From contig OY762213.1 of NCBI GenBank assembly GCA_963665385.1, positions 325,793-389,792 on the forward strand: a DNA stretch of 64,000 nt. Reading direction: 5' to 3'. The notes beneath the pieces are model-generated. The model made no database searches, had not been told where the DNA came from, and worked only from the letters and a program-made list of their open reading frames with translations. Below are positions 49,224 to 59,596 of the stretch, piece after piece (the stretch's first letter is position 1; each line of letters opens with the position of its first letter). The position numbers were made by a program, and so were the translations under genes. This DNA comes from Dehalococcoidia bacterium. Lineage in GTDB: Bacteria; Chloroflexota; Dehalococcoidia; UBA6926.

Positions 49224-50015
49224 CTAAAGAGTTGCTGCTAGCGCCGCCTCTATTCGCAAACCATCTGCCAGCGTGACGTCCGCCCCCCGCCGCAATGCAG
49301 CCTTCGTCGCCGCCCGTGCTTCACGCGGCAGCCAACGTGCCTCTGTCAGCAAGCTATCGGTCGCCTCTGCCAAGCGCTCCGCAGGCACAGCTCGGTGTAT
49401 TAATCCCGACCGAAGAGCCTCCTCCGAATCAAACCAACGGCTTGTCAAGAGCAGGTCCAGTGCCCGTGCTCGCCCAATCACACGCGGCAAGGACTGACTT
49501 CCAGTCGCGAACGGAATCATTCCCAGCGCCACCTCAGGCAGTCGGAACCGCGCATCATCCGTCGCGATGCGAAAATCGCAGCACAGGGCCATCTCCAATC
49601 CTGAGCCGATGGCGAATCCGTGCATCGCCGCCACCGTCGGTACGGGCAGGGTGCGCAGCAGCGACCACACATCGCGCAGGTACCGCGCCTCACGAGCAAT
49701 GACACGCGATGGTGCGGTCCCAAACTCCGTCAGGTCCGCTCCCGAGCAAAATGCCCGCTCACCTGCGCCTGTAATCAGCACGGCGTCCAGGTCAGGATTC
49801 GCGTGGAGCTCTGTCAGGATGGCGAAAAGGTCGTCCCGCATCTGAACATTGAATGCATTCAGTTGCGTAGGGCGATTGAGCGTGATGTGCGCGAGACCGG
49901 AATCATCCACCTCGCACAGAGCCGCCGGCCCGTCCTGTCCCGACTCCGTCATTAGACCGGCCCGGGTGGCCTCTCGGGCCGGGGTGATTCGTTCTCCACG
50001 GCGGCCTCCTGCCAA
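49224..50015 (-). CDS. Enoyl-CoA hydratase/isomerase (crotonase family)
   Basis: Crotonase fold motifs ITGAGERAFCSGADL, oxyanion hole residues. Confidence 0.8.
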   Translation of the reverse strand: MAGGRRGERITPAREATRAGLMTESGQDGPAALCEVDDSGLAHITLNRPTQLNAFNVQMRDDLFAILTELHANPDLDAVLITGAGERAFCSGADLTEFGTAPSRVIAREARYLRDVWSLLRTLPVPTVAAMHGFAIGSGLEMALCCDFRIATDDARFRLPEVALGMIPFATGSQSLPRVIGRARALDLLLTSRWFDSEEALRSGLIHRAVPAERLAEATDSLLTEARWLPREARAATKAALRRGADVTLADGLRIEAALAATL

Positions 50016-50027
50016 ACCGAGTCCACT

Positions 50028-50546
50028 CTATTTCAGGAAACCGATGGACAGAATGTACCCGGGCGGATCCCCTCGACTTGCCCGCACTGCCGCAACAATC
50101 GTCCACACAATTGAAACGATGCTGAGCCCGATGACGAACGGGATGCCGATGAGCAAGAAAGAGAACAGGACGGCAATCACTATCCAGATGGTCAAGCTGA
50201 TCTGAAAGTTGAGCGCCCGCTTTCCGTGGAAGTCGACCATGTCTGAGCGCGCTCGGAAAATGAGCCAGACAACCAGAGGAGCAATAATATTAGCGAAAGG
50301 GAAAAGCAGTCCGGCAAATGCGCTCAGATGCACCAGGAGCGACCAATTGCGCTCCTCAGGGTTGCTCACCGGGCCGTAGTATGCCTGGCTGCCCACGCCC
50401 GGAGAGGAGCTTGCCATAGCGGGATCGGCAGCTGAGCCCGGCACGTAATCCGCCTGCTGACTTTCCTCAGCCTGGGGCTGCTGATCGTTATCGTCTGATT
50501 CGTCGTCCGGCCTATCCTGCTCCGCCTGCGTCATCGCACACCTCAA
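50028..50546 (-). CDS. DUF4870-like small membrane protein
   Basis: Acidic N-tail followed by NWSLLVHLSAFAG...LVVWLIFRARS two-TM architecture. Confidence 0.45.
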   Translation of the reverse strand: MRCAMTQAEQDRPDDESDDNDQQPQAEESQQADYVPGSAADPAMASSSPGVGSQAYYGPVSNPEERNWSLLVHLSAFAGLLFPFANIIAPLVVWLIFRARSDMVDFHGKRALNFQISLTIWIVIAVLFSFLLIGIPFVIGLSIVSIVWTIVAAVRASRGDPPGYILSIGFLK

Positions 50547-50605
50547 TCCTGCCTATAAGGCGCCACCAATTGTGAACCTGGGGCGGGAAGGCGTCAAAGA
50601 AGTCC

Positions 50606-51424
50606 CTACTCCCCTCTGAACTCCGGATCCCGCCGCTCAAGGAAAGACTGAATCCCCTCCTCGCGATCCTTCGTCGTTTGCAGGATCATCGTGAGGTCAG
50701 TCTCCAGCAGGATGCCCTGGTCAAGCGTCATCTCAGAGCCTGTCGAGATAACTTCTTTCGCATAACGCGCCGCAATCGGCCCGCCGGCAAGTATCTGCGC
50801 TGCTATCTCCTGAGCGGTAGTCAAAACGTCGGCGGGTGGCGCCACCCGATTGACCAACCCCATACCTAGCGCCTCTTCGGCTCCAATGGTTCTGCCGGTC
50901 AGCAAGAGATCCGTCGCATGGGCAGGCCCCACGATGCGTGGCAGGCGCTGAGTGCCACCGTCCCAGGGAATGAGTCCTTGCAGCGCCTGACCCATCCGGA
51001 ACTGAGCCGTTTCCGCGACCACGCGGATATCTGCCGCCAGAGCCAACTCGAGGCCCTGATCATATGCGTCTCCATTAATGGCGGCGATAACGGGAAACGG
51101 TAGAGAGGCGACGGCGCTTGCGCATCGATAGCTGTCAAACAACGCTTGAGCCACGCTTCCTGATGTGGCTTCCGCAGATTCAGTAAGGAAAGACCGGCTT
51201 GCCCCTCGTGAGAAAGCAGCCGTATCGCCGCTGGGCCCATCCTTCGATTGATCGTCCCCGGTGACTATCAGTGCATCAAACGGGCTGTCCTCCCGTAATG
51301 ACGCGCACAGATCCCTCAAGGCGAACGCCAATGCGCGGTCGATGAGATTGTCGGGAGGGCGGTTTAGGACGGCAATCAGCAGACGGCCCTCAGGCCGAAG
51401 TGTGATTGAATCGTTGGTGCTCAT
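50606..51424 (-). CDS. Enoyl-CoA hydratase/isomerase family protein (second copy)
   Basis: Crotonase fold (LLIAVLNRPPDN..., AAINGDAYDQGLELALAADIRV); start MSTNDS. Confidence 0.7.
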   Translation of the reverse strand: MSTNDSITLRPEGRLLIAVLNRPPDNLIDRALAFALRDLCASLREDSPFDALIVTGDDQSKDGPSGDTAAFSRGASRSFLTESAEATSGSVAQALFDSYRCASAVASLPFPVIAAINGDAYDQGLELALAADIRVVAETAQFRMGQALQGLIPWDGGTQRLPRIVGPAHATDLLLTGRTIGAEEALGMGLVNRVAPPADVLTTAQEIAAQILAGGPIAARYAKEVISTGSEMTLDQGILLETDLTMILQTTKDREEGIQSFLERRDPEFRGE

Positions 51425-51559
51425 GTATGCTGCACGGCTGTCCTTGCCACGTAACACGATTGTAACCCTCGTGTAACTGGCACGACACAGAACCGGCACA
51501 GCATTGGTGATGTTACGCGGGCAAAGCCGCGTCGTTTGGTGTTCTGGAAGGAGGACAGG

Positions 51560-52786
51560 ATGGGCGAGTTCAATAGCGGCGATACTGCCTGGATGTTGAT
51601 GTCGACAGCACTGGTGCTGTTCATGACACCGGGCCTTGCTTTCTTCTATGGCGGACTGGTGCGTGGACGAAACGCCATCAGCACGATTTCACTCAGCTTT
51701 GTGTCGATGGCCGTGGCCAGCCTTGTCTGGGTGCTCTGGGGATACAGCCTGGCATTCGGCGACGGCGGAGACCTTAACGCATTTGTAGGCGATCTTTCCT
51801 ACATAGGCCTCTCCGGCATCGGCATCAACGACGGAGGGAACATTCCTGATCTCCTCTTCGTTGCATTCCAGATGATGTTCGCCATCATCACACCCGCCCT
51901 TATCACGGGCGCAATCGTGGAGAGGTTTAAGTTCACAACGTACATCGTCTTCCTTGTCCTGTGGCTAACCCTCGTCTACGCCCCCATATGTCACTGGGTC
52001 TGGGCCGAGGGCGGCTGGCTCTTTGAAATGGGCGCGCTTGATTTCGCGGGCGGCACAGTCGTCCACATCAACGCGGGCGTCGCGGCGCTCATCGCCGCTG
52101 TCCTTGTGGGACGCAGGCGCAGGCCGGCACTTGAGCCGCACAACGTCCCGTACGTCGTACTGGGCGCGGGCATCCTCTGGTTCGGTTGGTTCGGCTTCAA
52201 CGCCGGTTCTGGCCTGGCGGCCAACGGGCAGGATGCAAACGCACTGCTCGTCACCAATACGGCTGCGGCTGCAGCAGCGCTGACGTGGGGCATCCTTTCT
52301 TACATCCAGACCGGTCGAATTAGCACTGTCGGCATCGCCACCGGCGCAGTGGCCGGCCTGGTTGCCATCACACCGGCTGCGGGATTCGTCAATGTCATGG
52401 GCGCTCTTGTGCTCGGAATAGGTGCAGGCATCATCCCGTACCTCTTCGTGCTCTATAGGCCGCGAATGGGTTTCGACGATGCGCTTGACGTCTTCGGCAT
52501 ACACGGCGTCGCAGGAATCTGGGGCGCGCTTGGTACAGGAGTCTTCGCCATTGAGGCTATTGGCGGCACGGCGGGACTGCTTGAAGGCAACCCGGAGCAG
52601 ATGGGAGTGCAGGTGGTCGGTGTTGTCGCCACCCTCGCCTACTCCGGCGTCGCCACATTCGTCATCCTCAAGGTGCTGGACTTGATCCCCGGTCTTGGAC
52701 TGAGGGAGCCAGAGCCTGCCGAAGATGAGGGTCTTGACCTGGCTGCGCACGGTGAGCGCGCGTATGTCGCGGACGGCGCAGACTAG
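51560..52786 (+). CDS. amtB: Ammonium transporter
   Basis: Amt/MEP signatures DFAGGTVVHINAG, GALAERxKF-like, 11 TM; GGAGGA SD. Confidence 0.9.
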   Translation: MGEFNSGDTAWMLMSTALVLFMTPGLAFFYGGLVRGRNAISTISLSFVSMAVASLVWVLWGYSLAFGDGGDLNAFVGDLSYIGLSGIGINDGGNIPDLLFVAFQMMFAIITPALITGAIVERFKFTTYIVFLVLWLTLVYAPICHWVWAEGGWLFEMGALDFAGGTVVHINAGVAALIAAVLVGRRRRPALEPHNVPYVVLGAGILWFGWFGFNAGSGLAANGQDANALLVTNTAAAAAALTWGILSYIQTGRISTVGIATGAVAGLVAITPAAGFVNVMGALVLGIGAGIIPYLFVLYRPRMGFDDALDVFGIHGVAGIWGALGTGVFAIEAIGGTAGLLEGNPEQMGVQVVGVVATLAYSGVATFVILKVLDLIPGLGLREPEPAEDEGLDLAAHGERAYVADGAD

Positions 52787-52896
52787 ACCTGCCTAGAGGA
52801 ATGACTACAATCGGGAGCAACGCGAGAGCGGGAACCGATCCCGCGGCCCGGCGGTCCAACACCGCCGGGCCGCCCAGAAGGGAATAGGAGACAACG

Positions 52897-53250
52897 ATGC
52901 TGAGCATAGAGGCGATTATCAGGCCTGAAACAATTGAAGATGTGGTAGGAGAGTTGGAGGCCGTTGGCTGCCGCAAGTTCTACTACGCCAATGTCACCGG
53001 CACGGGCCGACAGGGCGGAGTTGAAGTGTTCGTCGGCCGCGCGGGGCAAATGACCCGCCGCCACGAACGCCCAAGGACGATTCTCCGGGCCGTCGTCGAA
53101 GACGGTATGAAAGATGACGTGATCAATGCCATCATCCGTGGCGCCCGAAGCCCGGGCGACGGTGAGGTTGGCGATGGCAAGATCTTTGTTTCTAGTGTGG
53201 AGGATGTCATCCGCGTTAGGACTGGCGAATCGGGCGAGGCAGCCATCTGA
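52897..53250 (+). CDS. glnK: Nitrogen regulatory protein P-II (GlnK-like), atypical T-loop
   Basis: MLSIEAIIRPE..., GDGKIFV, IRVRTGE motifs; T-loop lacks Tyr51 (RAGQMTRRHERPRT). Confidence 0.8.
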   Translation: MLSIEAIIRPETIEDVVGELEAVGCRKFYYANVTGTGRQGGVEVFVGRAGQMTRRHERPRTILRAVVEDGMKDDVINAIIRGARSPGDGEVGDGKIFVSSVEDVIRVRTGESGEAAI

Positions 53251-53399
53251 CGGGGAAAGGCGTGTGGGGGGACATATCCGCGGCGGGCACTGCCTGCCGC
53301 GGATACGCTTTTTGGCGCGTCCCTCTATCACCAGGCTTCAAAATTCCCTATAGTTTGTAGGGACGGTGAATCCTTCTGGCGAATGGGAGACAGGCAACG

Positions 53400-53741
53400 A
53401 TGACATCTGCGGCAGAACCCTTTGAGCGAGTTGACATCGATAGAGCACGAGAACTTATTGATAGCGGCAGCGTTGCGCTGATTGATGTCCGCGAACAGGA
53501 AGAATGGGACGACGGTTACATTGATGGCGCAACCCGCATTTCTGTGAACGACATAATCAGCATGAGCGCCGTTGATGATCTACCCAAGGATCAACCCATC
53601 GTCTTCTACTGCGCCGCCGGCGTCCGCTCCGCCCTGGCTTCGGAACTTGCCGCCTCTGTGGGAGTCCCCGGCCCGCTTTACAGCATGGAGGGTGGCTTTG
53701 ACGCCTGGAAGAAGGCCGGCCATCCCACTGCGCAGGACTAA
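53400..53741 (+). CDS. Rhodanese-domain sulfurtransferase
   Basis: VALIDVREQEEWDDGYIDGA...IVFYCAAGVRS active-site Cys loop. Confidence 0.8.
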   Translation: MTSAAEPFERVDIDRARELIDSGSVALIDVREQEEWDDGYIDGATRISVNDIISMSAVDDLPKDQPIVFYCAAGVRSALASELAASVGVPGPLYSMEGGFDAWKKAGHPTAQD

Positions 53742-53755
53742 GCCTGCGCCATCCG

Positions 53756-55369
53756 TTGACTACTGACCCGTACGAAGCCCAGCGTCCCATCATTGACGCC
53801 CTTAGTTCCCCTGCAACATATCCGCCTCGAGACGGCGTAAGCACCGTCGAAGTCCGCGAAACCCACACCGCCGTCGTCTTCCTTGCCGGCAACCGCGCCT
53901 ACAAGATGAAGAAGGCTGTCGACTACGGCTTCCTGGACTTCACCACCCTGCGAAAGCGCCGCCACTTCTGCTACCAGGAACTCTTTCTCAACCAACGCGC
54001 CGCCCCGGACATCTACCGTGAAGTCCGCGCCGTTATACCGAATGGGCGGGGCGGCTACCGTATCGTCGCGGAGGAAAACCCCGCAGCCGTCGAATACCTC
54101 GTCCAGATGATTCGCCTGCCGGAAGACATGATGCTGGATGCCCGGCTTGAGCGAAGCGAGGTCACACCGGAGATGATGGCTGAACTCGGGCGCATAGTCG
54201 CTAACGTGCATGATCATGCGGAGACAAGCGACAAGATAGCTGCCGCAGGCGATCTCACAGGCGTCCGCTTCAACGTCGAAGAGAACTTTGAACAGACCGA
54301 GGCCTACATCGGCCGTACCATCTCGCAAGATACATACGACACCGTCTCGCAATACGCCCGCCGGTTTATGGAGCAGCGCGAGACACTGTTCCATTCCCGT
54401 TCACAGAACAGATTTGTCCGTGACACGCACGGAGATCTCCACGCCCAACAGATCTGCATTGAGGCCAATGGCCGCATCTCCGTCCTCGACTGCATCGATT
54501 TCAATGAGCGATTCCGCTACGGGGACGTTGCCTGGGACGTGGGGTTCATGGCCATGGACCTCGAAGCCCGCGGCCACCCGGACCTTGCCCGCGCCTTTGT
54601 CGACGGCTACCTGGATCAGGCTGATGATCCCGGGATGCCGGAACTCCTGAACTTCTACCAGTGCTACCGCGCGTACGTTCGCGGCAAGGTTGAAGGCTTT
54701 CGACTGGATCAGCCCGACCTGTCCGACCAGGAAGCCGCAGAAGTCAGGGAGCGGGCCGAGGCCTATTTCCGCCTCGCTGAGCAATACGCCCGCACCATGA
54801 TCGGCCCCAACATCGTCCTCATAGGCGGTCTTATGGGAAGCGGCAAGAGCACCCTGTCAGAGGGCCTCGCGCGGGAGCGCGGCCACACCTACCTTTCGAG
54901 CGACATTGTCCGCAAGAACCTTGCCGGCGTCCCTGCTGATGAACGCCACTTCGTTGGGTGGAACGCCGAAATCTACACTCCCGAGATGACCGAGCGAACC
55001 TACGATGAACTCGCTCGTCTCGCCGCCGAAGCCCTGCAGGATGGCCGATCCGTCGTCATCGACGCTGCTTTCTCCAAGGACCAACAACGCAGGCGATTCT
55101 CAGACCTCTCACGCTCCTCAGGCGTCCCCCTCCTTATGGTCATCTGCGAACTCTCTGAAGAGGAAACCCGCCAGCGCCTTGACGCCCGGGTTGAAACCGG
55201 AGGCGTCACAAGCGATGGCCGCTGGGAAATCTACGCAGCCCAACGCGACTCATTCCAACAGCCCGACGAACTTCCCGCCGATTCTGTCATCCGCCTTGAC
55301 ACCGCCGCCTCCCCGCAATCCATCACCGATACCCTCGTCTCGCGCCTGGACGCGGACACGATAGAATAG
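53756..55369 (+). CDS. Bifunctional APH-like phosphotransferase / P-loop kinase (AAA_33)
   Basis: N-terminal protein-kinase-like fold (HGDLHAQQICI, IDFNERFRYGD); C-terminal Walker A GGLMGSGKST. Confidence 0.75.
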   Translation: MTTDPYEAQRPIIDALSSPATYPPRDGVSTVEVRETHTAVVFLAGNRAYKMKKAVDYGFLDFTTLRKRRHFCYQELFLNQRAAPDIYREVRAVIPNGRGGYRIVAEENPAAVEYLVQMIRLPEDMMLDARLERSEVTPEMMAELGRIVANVHDHAETSDKIAAAGDLTGVRFNVEENFEQTEAYIGRTISQDTYDTVSQYARRFMEQRETLFHSRSQNRFVRDTHGDLHAQQICIEANGRISVLDCIDFNERFRYGDVAWDVGFMAMDLEARGHPDLARAFVDGYLDQADDPGMPELLNFYQCYRAYVRGKVEGFRLDQPDLSDQEAAEVRERAEAYFRLAEQYARTMIGPNIVLIGGLMGSGKSTLSEGLARERGHTYLSSDIVRKNLAGVPADERHFVGWNAEIYTPEMTERTYDELARLAAEALQDGRSVVIDAAFSKDQQRRRFSDLSRSSGVPLLMVICELSEEETRQRLDARVETGGVTSDGRWEIYAAQRDSFQQPDELPADSVIRLDTAASPQSITDTLVSRLDADTIE

Positions 55370-55404
55370 ACACTCCCGCCGCCACCAACAATCAATAGGA
55401 GAAT

Positions 55405-56688
55405 GTGCTACCAATGACCGTTACAGATATCGCCCATGACATAGCCAACCTGGCCCTCGCTGACGAGGGACAAAGGCGAATTGAGTGGGCCGCGCGGGAA
55501 ATGCCCGTCGTCAAACTGATACAAGAGCGTTTCCGCGAGGAACGACCGTTGGAAGGGCAGCGTATCGCCGCCTGCCTGCACGTCACATCTGAAACGGCCA
55601 ACCTCATGCTCGCCCTCAAAGAAGGTGGCGCGGAAGTTCGCCTGTGCGCCTCCAACCCGCTCTCGACGCAGGACGATGTTGCCGCAGCGCTCGTCACCAA
55701 TCACGGCATCTCCGTCTTCGCCATCCACGGCGAGAACACGGAGACGTACTACAAGCACATCAACCAGTCCCTTGACGGCAACCCCACCATCACAATGGAT
55801 GACGGCGCAGACCTCGTCGCCACCATTCACGGGGAGCGCACGGATCTGATTGAGGGCCTCCGCGGCGGCAGCGAAGAGACGACCACCGGCGTCATCCGCC
55901 TGCGCAGCCTCGCCCAGCAGGGCAAGCTCATGTACCCCGTCATCGCCGTCAACGATGCTGATACCAAACACCTCTTTGACAACCGCTACGGCACCGGCCA
56001 GTCCACGCTGGACGGCATCACGCGCGCCACCAACATCCTCTGGGCCGGCAAGACGGTCCTCGTCGCAGGCTACGGCTGGTGCGGGCGCGGCGTCGCAATG
56101 CGGGCCCGTGGAATGGGCGCGCAGGTCATCGTCAGTGAATTCGACCCCATTCGCGCCCTGGAAGCCCTGATGGACGGCAACCGTGTGATGACAACTGCGG
56201 AAGCCGTGCCGGAGGCCGATGTCATCATCACCGTTACAGGCGACATCCACGCCATCGGCCGCAACCACATCCCTCTTCTCAAGGACAACGTCGTTCTGTC
56301 CAACTCCGGCCACTTCAATGTCGAAATCGATATCCCGGCCCTGGAAGAAGCCAGCAACGGCACACGCGAGATGAGGTCGAACGTCGTCGCCTATGCAATG
56401 AAGGACGGTCGCACAGTCAATCTCCTGGCCGAAGGTCGCCTTATCAACCTCGCCGCCGCAGAGGGCCACCCGTCCGCCGTCATGGATCTCTCCTTTGCGG
56501 ACCAGGCGCTCGCCGCCGAGTATCTCTCCGGTGGTGAAGGCGCAGACCTTTCCAATGATGTCCACACCCTGCCGCGTGAACTTGATTCGGAAGTCGCACG
56601 ACTCAAGCTCCATTCCGTTGGCATATCGATTGACTCGCCAACTGAAGAGCAGACCAAGTACCTCGGCAGTTGGGAGATGGGCACCTGA
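55405..56688 (+). CDS. ahcY: Adenosylhomocysteinase
   Basis: SCN(P/I)LSTQD-like CASNPLSTQDDVAAAL, NAD-binding GYGWCGRGVAMRARGMGAQV. Confidence 0.9.
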   Translation: MLPMTVTDIAHDIANLALADEGQRRIEWAAREMPVVKLIQERFREERPLEGQRIAACLHVTSETANLMLALKEGGAEVRLCASNPLSTQDDVAAALVTNHGISVFAIHGENTETYYKHINQSLDGNPTITMDDGADLVATIHGERTDLIEGLRGGSEETTTGVIRLRSLAQQGKLMYPVIAVNDADTKHLFDNRYGTGQSTLDGITRATNILWAGKTVLVAGYGWCGRGVAMRARGMGAQVIVSEFDPIRALEALMDGNRVMTTAEAVPEADVIITVTGDIHAIGRNHIPLLKDNVVLSNSGHFNVEIDIPALEEASNGTREMRSNVVAYAMKDGRTVNLLAEGRLINLAAAEGHPSAVMDLSFADQALAAEYLSGGEGADLSNDVHTLPRELDSEVARLKLHSVGISIDSPTEEQTKYLGSWEMGT

Positions 56689-57242
56689 GTCGCCCAAACG
56701 CAATACAGGCAAACGCGTCCGACAGGTCCGAAGCCGTGTCGATTCGAGCAACCGCGACCCTTGAGGAGCAGGAGCGATACGGCCATTGCTTCGCTTGCGG
56801 TGTCGCCAATGAATCCGGCCTCAACCTGGAATTTGAGGCGATTGAGGATGGCGGCGTCACCGCACTCTACGTTCCACAGGAACGGCATCAGGGTTGGCCC
56901 AGTGTCCTCCACGGAGGCATAGTAGCCACGATCCTCGATGAGGCAGCCGCCTATGTTGCATATGCGCGCGGCCAACACGCCGCCACCGCGCGGCTGAATG
57001 TACGCTACAGCCGCGCTGCGCCCCTTGACGCACCCCTGCGTGTGACCGCAACACTGGCAAAAGACACCCGGCGCATGCTTACTATAGAAGCCCGTGTAAC
57101 AACCCTCGACGAAGAGAAGATCGCCAACGCGGAGGCCACACTCCTCCTCCTGACGCCCAAACAGGAGCAGGAATACGGCCTGATTCCGCCGACCACTGAG
57201 CCGAACGACGACAGGCAGGGCAACGCCCAGGGAGGAAACTGA
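56670..57242 (+). CDS. Hotdog-fold thioesterase (PaaI/YbgC-like)
   Basis: HCFACGVANESGL...LHGGIVATILDEAAAY signature; start site uncertain (19-nt overlap with ahcY). Confidence 0.65.
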   Translation: MGDGHLSRPNAIQANASDRSEAVSIRATATLEEQERYGHCFACGVANESGLNLEFEAIEDGGVTALYVPQERHQGWPSVLHGGIVATILDEAAAYVAYARGQHAATARLNVRYSRAAPLDAPLRVTATLAKDTRRMLTIEARVTTLDEEKIANAEATLLLLTPKQEQEYGLIPPTTEPNDDRQGNAQGGN

Positions 57243-57245
57243 TAG

Positions 57246-58514
57246 ATGACCACGTTCCTGCAAACGAGCGAATCAGTGACAGAAGGTCACCCGGACAAAC
57301 TGTGTGACCAAATCTCCGACGCGGTTCTTGACGCAATCTTCGCAGATGATTCCACCGCCCGCGTCGCTTGTGAAACCCTCGTCACCAGGGGCTTAGTCTT
57401 CGTCACTGGCGAGATCACCACCAGCTCTTATGTCGATATCCAGGCCATCGTGCGGAATACCGTCAGGGAAGTGGGCTATACCGATTCCGACTACGGCTTT
57501 GACGCAAATACTTGTGGGGTCATCGTCTCGATTAATGAGCAGTCGCCGGACATCAAGACTGGCGTCGACGAAGCCGAAGAAATTCGTGGCGAGGGCGCTG
57601 CAGATGCCATTGCGAACCTCGGAGCGGGTGATCAGGGATCAATGGTTGGCTATGCTTGCCGCGAGACTGAAGATGCACTCGGAACCGACAACATCTTCAT
57701 GCCCTTGCCCATCTATCTGTCACACCGATTGGCAGAGAAGCTGGCCGAAGTTCGCAAGAACGGTTCGCTCCCCTATCTCAGGCCCGATGGGAAATCCCAG
57801 GTCACCGTCGAATACGAGGATGGCAAGGTTCGACGAATCGACAGCATCACGCTGGCTGCCCAACATGACCCTGAAGTAAGCAATGACACGCTCCGCCGAG
57901 ACCTCAATGAATTGGTCATTCGGGAAGTTGTGCCGCACAACTTGATGGACAAGGAGACGAAGTTCCATATCAACTCCTCCGGTCGTTTCGTGATTGGCGG
58001 GCCCATGGCGGACGCGGGGTTGACCGGCCGCAAGATTCTCGTTGACACCTACGGCGCCGGCTACAAGCATGGCGGCGGCGCTTTCTCCGGTAAGGATCCG
58101 ACGAAGGTCGACCGCTCCGGCGCATACTACGCCCGCTACGTGGCCAAGAATGTCGTCGCAGCTGGCCTCGCCGAGCGTTGTGAGGTCCAACTCGCATACG
58201 TCATTGGGCGACGCGAACCCGCGTCCGTGTCCATTGAGACATTTGGCACCGGCACAATCCCCAATGATAGGATTGAAGAGCTGGTTCGTGAGAACTTCGA
58301 TATGACTCCGGGTGCAATCATCACGCAACTGGACCTCATGAGCGCAGATGCCGGACGGCGGCCCCGATATCGTCGGGTTGCGGCGTATGGCCACTTCGGG
58401 CGGAACCATATCAATCGCACCGACGGAACTCACATTGAAGTCCCCTGGGAGCGTACGGATAAGGCTGATACTCTCCGCAAGGAAGCCGGCCTGCCCGACG
58501 AGCAAGACAGCTGA
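57246..58514 (+). CDS. metK: S-adenosylmethionine synthase
   Basis: [47 protein letters not shown] motifs. Confidence 0.95.
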   Translation: MTTFLQTSESVTEGHPDKLCDQISDAVLDAIFADDSTARVACETLVTRGLVFVTGEITTSSYVDIQAIVRNTVREVGYTDSDYGFDANTCGVIVSINEQSPDIKTGVDEAEEIRGEGAADAIANLGAGDQGSMVGYACRETEDALGTDNIFMPLPIYLSHRLAEKLAEVRKNGSLPYLRPDGKSQVTVEYEDGKVRRIDSITLAAQHDPEVSNDTLRRDLNELVIREVVPHNLMDKETKFHINSSGRFVIGGPMADAGLTGRKILVDTYGAGYKHGGGAFSGKDPTKVDRSGAYYARYVAKNVVAAGLAERCEVQLAYVIGRREPASVSIETFGTGTIPNDRIEELVRENFDMTPGAIITQLDLMSADAGRRPRYRRVAAYGHFGRNHINRTDGTHIEVPWERTDKADTLRKEAGLPDEQDS

Positions 58515-58535
58515 CCGGCCCGGCTTGCGCGGCTC

Positions 58536-59588
58536 ATGTTGACCGGAGGCCTAACCGCAGTTGTCCTCGCCGGTGGTCAGGGCACACGCCTCCGACCCCT
58601 CACCAATGAACTGCCCAAACCGGTCCTGCCCGTCGCAAACCGCCCCTTCTTTGAGTACATGCTGGATCACCTCAAGGAGGCCGGTGTTACGCGCGTCATC
58701 ATGGCGCTCGGCTACCGTGCTGAGCCGCTAATCGAGAGTTTCGGCAATGGCAGCGCCTACGGCCTCCGTATTGACTACGAGGTCGAGGACCAACCGCTCG
58801 GCACGTCGGGAGCGGTCCGTGCCCTCCTGCCGGAACTCAAAGAGACCTTTCTTGTCCTCAACGGCGATTGCGTGACAGAGATCGACATCGCCGCCATGGT
58901 GGAACAACACGTGGAACGCCGTGAATACGCCACCCTCGCCGTCCACACCGTCGATGACCCGTCGCGCTACGGCGTCGTCGTCATCGACGGCATCGGCTAC
59001 GCTAGCCGCTTCATTGAGAAGCCACCCGGCCCCCGTTTCCCCGCCTACACCGTCAATAGCGGCGTCTATGCGCTGGAACCGGAGATGTTCAACTTCATCA
59101 GCGAAGGCTTCACCATGTTTGAAAAAGACCTCTTCCCCACCGCTCTCATGGCCGGTGTTGAGATCGGCACGTTCCCGTGGGAAGGCTACTTCATGGACAT
59201 GGGGACGCCGGCCAGGTTTCTGCAACTCAATCGCGATGTCCTGACAGGGACCGCCCCAACACGACGCCCCCTCTCCGAACCCGCCACCGCACCCGTCATC
59301 GACGAGTCCGCCCGGCTCGACGGCCCTGTCAACTGCGGTAACGGCGTCACTGTCGGCGCAAACGCCCGCATCATCGGCCCCGTCGTCGTCGGCGACGGCG
59401 TGACGATTGCCGACTCAACCCACATCGAGGAAAGCGTCATCCTGGCCGGAGCGCGTATCAACACAGGTGCCACCATTCGAGGCGCAATCGTTGCCCAAAA
59501 CACTGTTGTGTCGGACGGAGCCACAGTCGAGCCCGGCAGCGTGTTTGACGGCGACGCAGCAGCCACTGCAGACGCTACAAGCGTCTAG
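58536..59588 (+). CDS. Sugar-phosphate nucleotidyltransferase (NTP-transferase domain + left-handed beta-helix)
   Basis: AVVLAGGQGTRLRPLT pyrophosphorylase motif; C-terminal hexapeptide-repeat region. Confidence 0.8.
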   Translation: MLTGGLTAVVLAGGQGTRLRPLTNELPKPVLPVANRPFFEYMLDHLKEAGVTRVIMALGYRAEPLIESFGNGSAYGLRIDYEVEDQPLGTSGAVRALLPELKETFLVLNGDCVTEIDIAAMVEQHVERREYATLAVHTVDDPSRYGVVVIDGIGYASRFIEKPPGPRFPAYTVNSGVYALEPEMFNFISEGFTMFEKDLFPTALMAGVEIGTFPWEGYFMDMGTPARFLQLNRDVLTGTAPTRRPLSEPATAPVIDESARLDGPVNCGNGVTVGANARIIGPVVVGDGVTIADSTHIEESVILAGARINTGATIRGAIVAQNTVVSDGATVEPGSVFDGDAAATADATSV

Positions 59589-59596
59589 CGTGCGCC

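Noticed and set aside
55408-56751. 447-aa minus-strand ORF
   Set aside because: Antisense to ahcY, which has unambiguous SAHH motifs.
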